DNA from: Saccostrea echinata
Lineage: Eukaryota
Assembly: GCF_033153115.1 (NCBI RefSeq)
Contig: NW_026889761.1
Span: 13,392,001-13,456,000 of the forward strand
Reading direction: 5' to 3'
DNA length: 64,000 nucleotides
This document shows positions 63,178 through 64,000 of the stretch, piece after piece. Both the position numbers and the translations under genes were made by a program. Numbering within the stretch: the stretch's first letter is position 1; every line of letters begins with the position of its first letter. The notes beneath the pieces were generated by a model, which did no database searches, was not told the origin of the DNA, and saw nothing but the letters and a program-made list of their open reading frames with translations.

Positions 63178-63746
63178 CACAGGTACTTGTGGACAGGACC
63201 CCCCCCCCCCCCCAATATTCAACCCCTGGGCTTGTTGGACATTTTTTTTCACAAATTATATTTATTACACTTATTCATCATGTGTACCTTAGGAAAATAT
63301 CGTGAAAACCCCAAAATAATCGTTCCACACAAAAATACCCCACTATATACATTATAAGAGAGAAAGGTATGCCACTCCGGTTGTTTACGTTGTACCCCCA
63401 CTGGTCTTTCTGGGTTTAAAAACATGTATTTATTTTATTTTAACCTAAAATGTCGGTTCACACTGTCTCTACATATATTTCTGTCTCAGTTCAAGTTAAC
63501 AGATTGACTCTGCCTCTCGTAAGAATCCCACAATTTCTCCTTAAACAGCATTGCAGTCAGTGCGTTAAAAAATCCTTAGGTAAACGCAACGGAAGTACAC
63601 CAAGAATGTATCACTTATTACGATAACGTCCGAGAGAGTTTTGGCATGACGTAATAATCTCTCTCGGGTGTTATCATAAAAGGTAATATATTCTCTATGT
63701 ACTTCCGTTGGGGGGGGGGGGGTGGTCCTGTCCACAAGTACCTGTG
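63178..63746. mobile_element. 569 bp MITE with 8 bp TSD
   Basis: Perfect TIRs CACAGGTACTTGTGGACAGGACC and AATTTATT on both flanks. It is absent at the paralogous site near 56050. Confidence 0.92.
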
Positions 63747-64000
63747 AATTTATTTGTTAACTTTTAATTGTTAACTAACAAGAATTTAAAAACAGCTTTG
63801 CTCATTAGTATATCTGAATCAATGCGACACAAAGCCCCAACATCTTAAAGCATTTTATAGCAAAAACCTATGGTTAAAGGTTATTAATTATTACATGCAT
63901 ATGTTAAACACGTGAAAGGTCCAGAACTATATCTTATTCTAATCGCCATTTCATATTCGTTCTATTGCACACTGCTCTGAAGTTTGTACATCGATATATT

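Overview
AT-rich eukaryotic genomic DNA with spliceosomal introns, most likely from a bivalve mollusc such as an oyster (inferred from the repeat families and a C1q-domain relic). Four intact protein genes are supported. The first is a single-coding-exon class A GPCR (21015-22127, +). The second is a 7-coding-exon SYF2 splicing factor gene (40251-45894, +, 230 aa, assembled by hand and absent from the ORF track). The other two are tandemly duplicated GT10 alpha-1,3-fucosyltransferases (54594-55772 and 61764-62888, -). A C1q-domain pseudo-exon lies at 49536-49924. The rest is dominated by decayed mobile DNA: about 12 fragments of a Penelope-like (Naiad-type) retroelement, 3 tRNA-headed SINEs, Helentron-type HINEs, Tc1 and mariner relics, and many MITEs, often nested. 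Almost all short ORFs in the track are spurious or transposon debris. The most notable observations are: (1) a 33 x 22 bp array in SYF2 intron 5 built from the exon/intron junction itself, giving about 24 extra GTAAGT donors, all behind an in-frame stop; (2) an 18 x 23 bp array whose unit is a chimera of the target site and the 5' end of a Penelope-like insertion; (3) a conserved, possibly pseudoknotted 3' RNA element in that retroelement; (4) a TTAA-flanked element loaded with RFX X-box motifs, with two copies bracketing the GPCR; (5) GCGNAGC-capped hairpin elements; and (6) mosaic identity between the fucosyltransferase paralogues. All family assignments come from reading motifs by eye; no searches were run.
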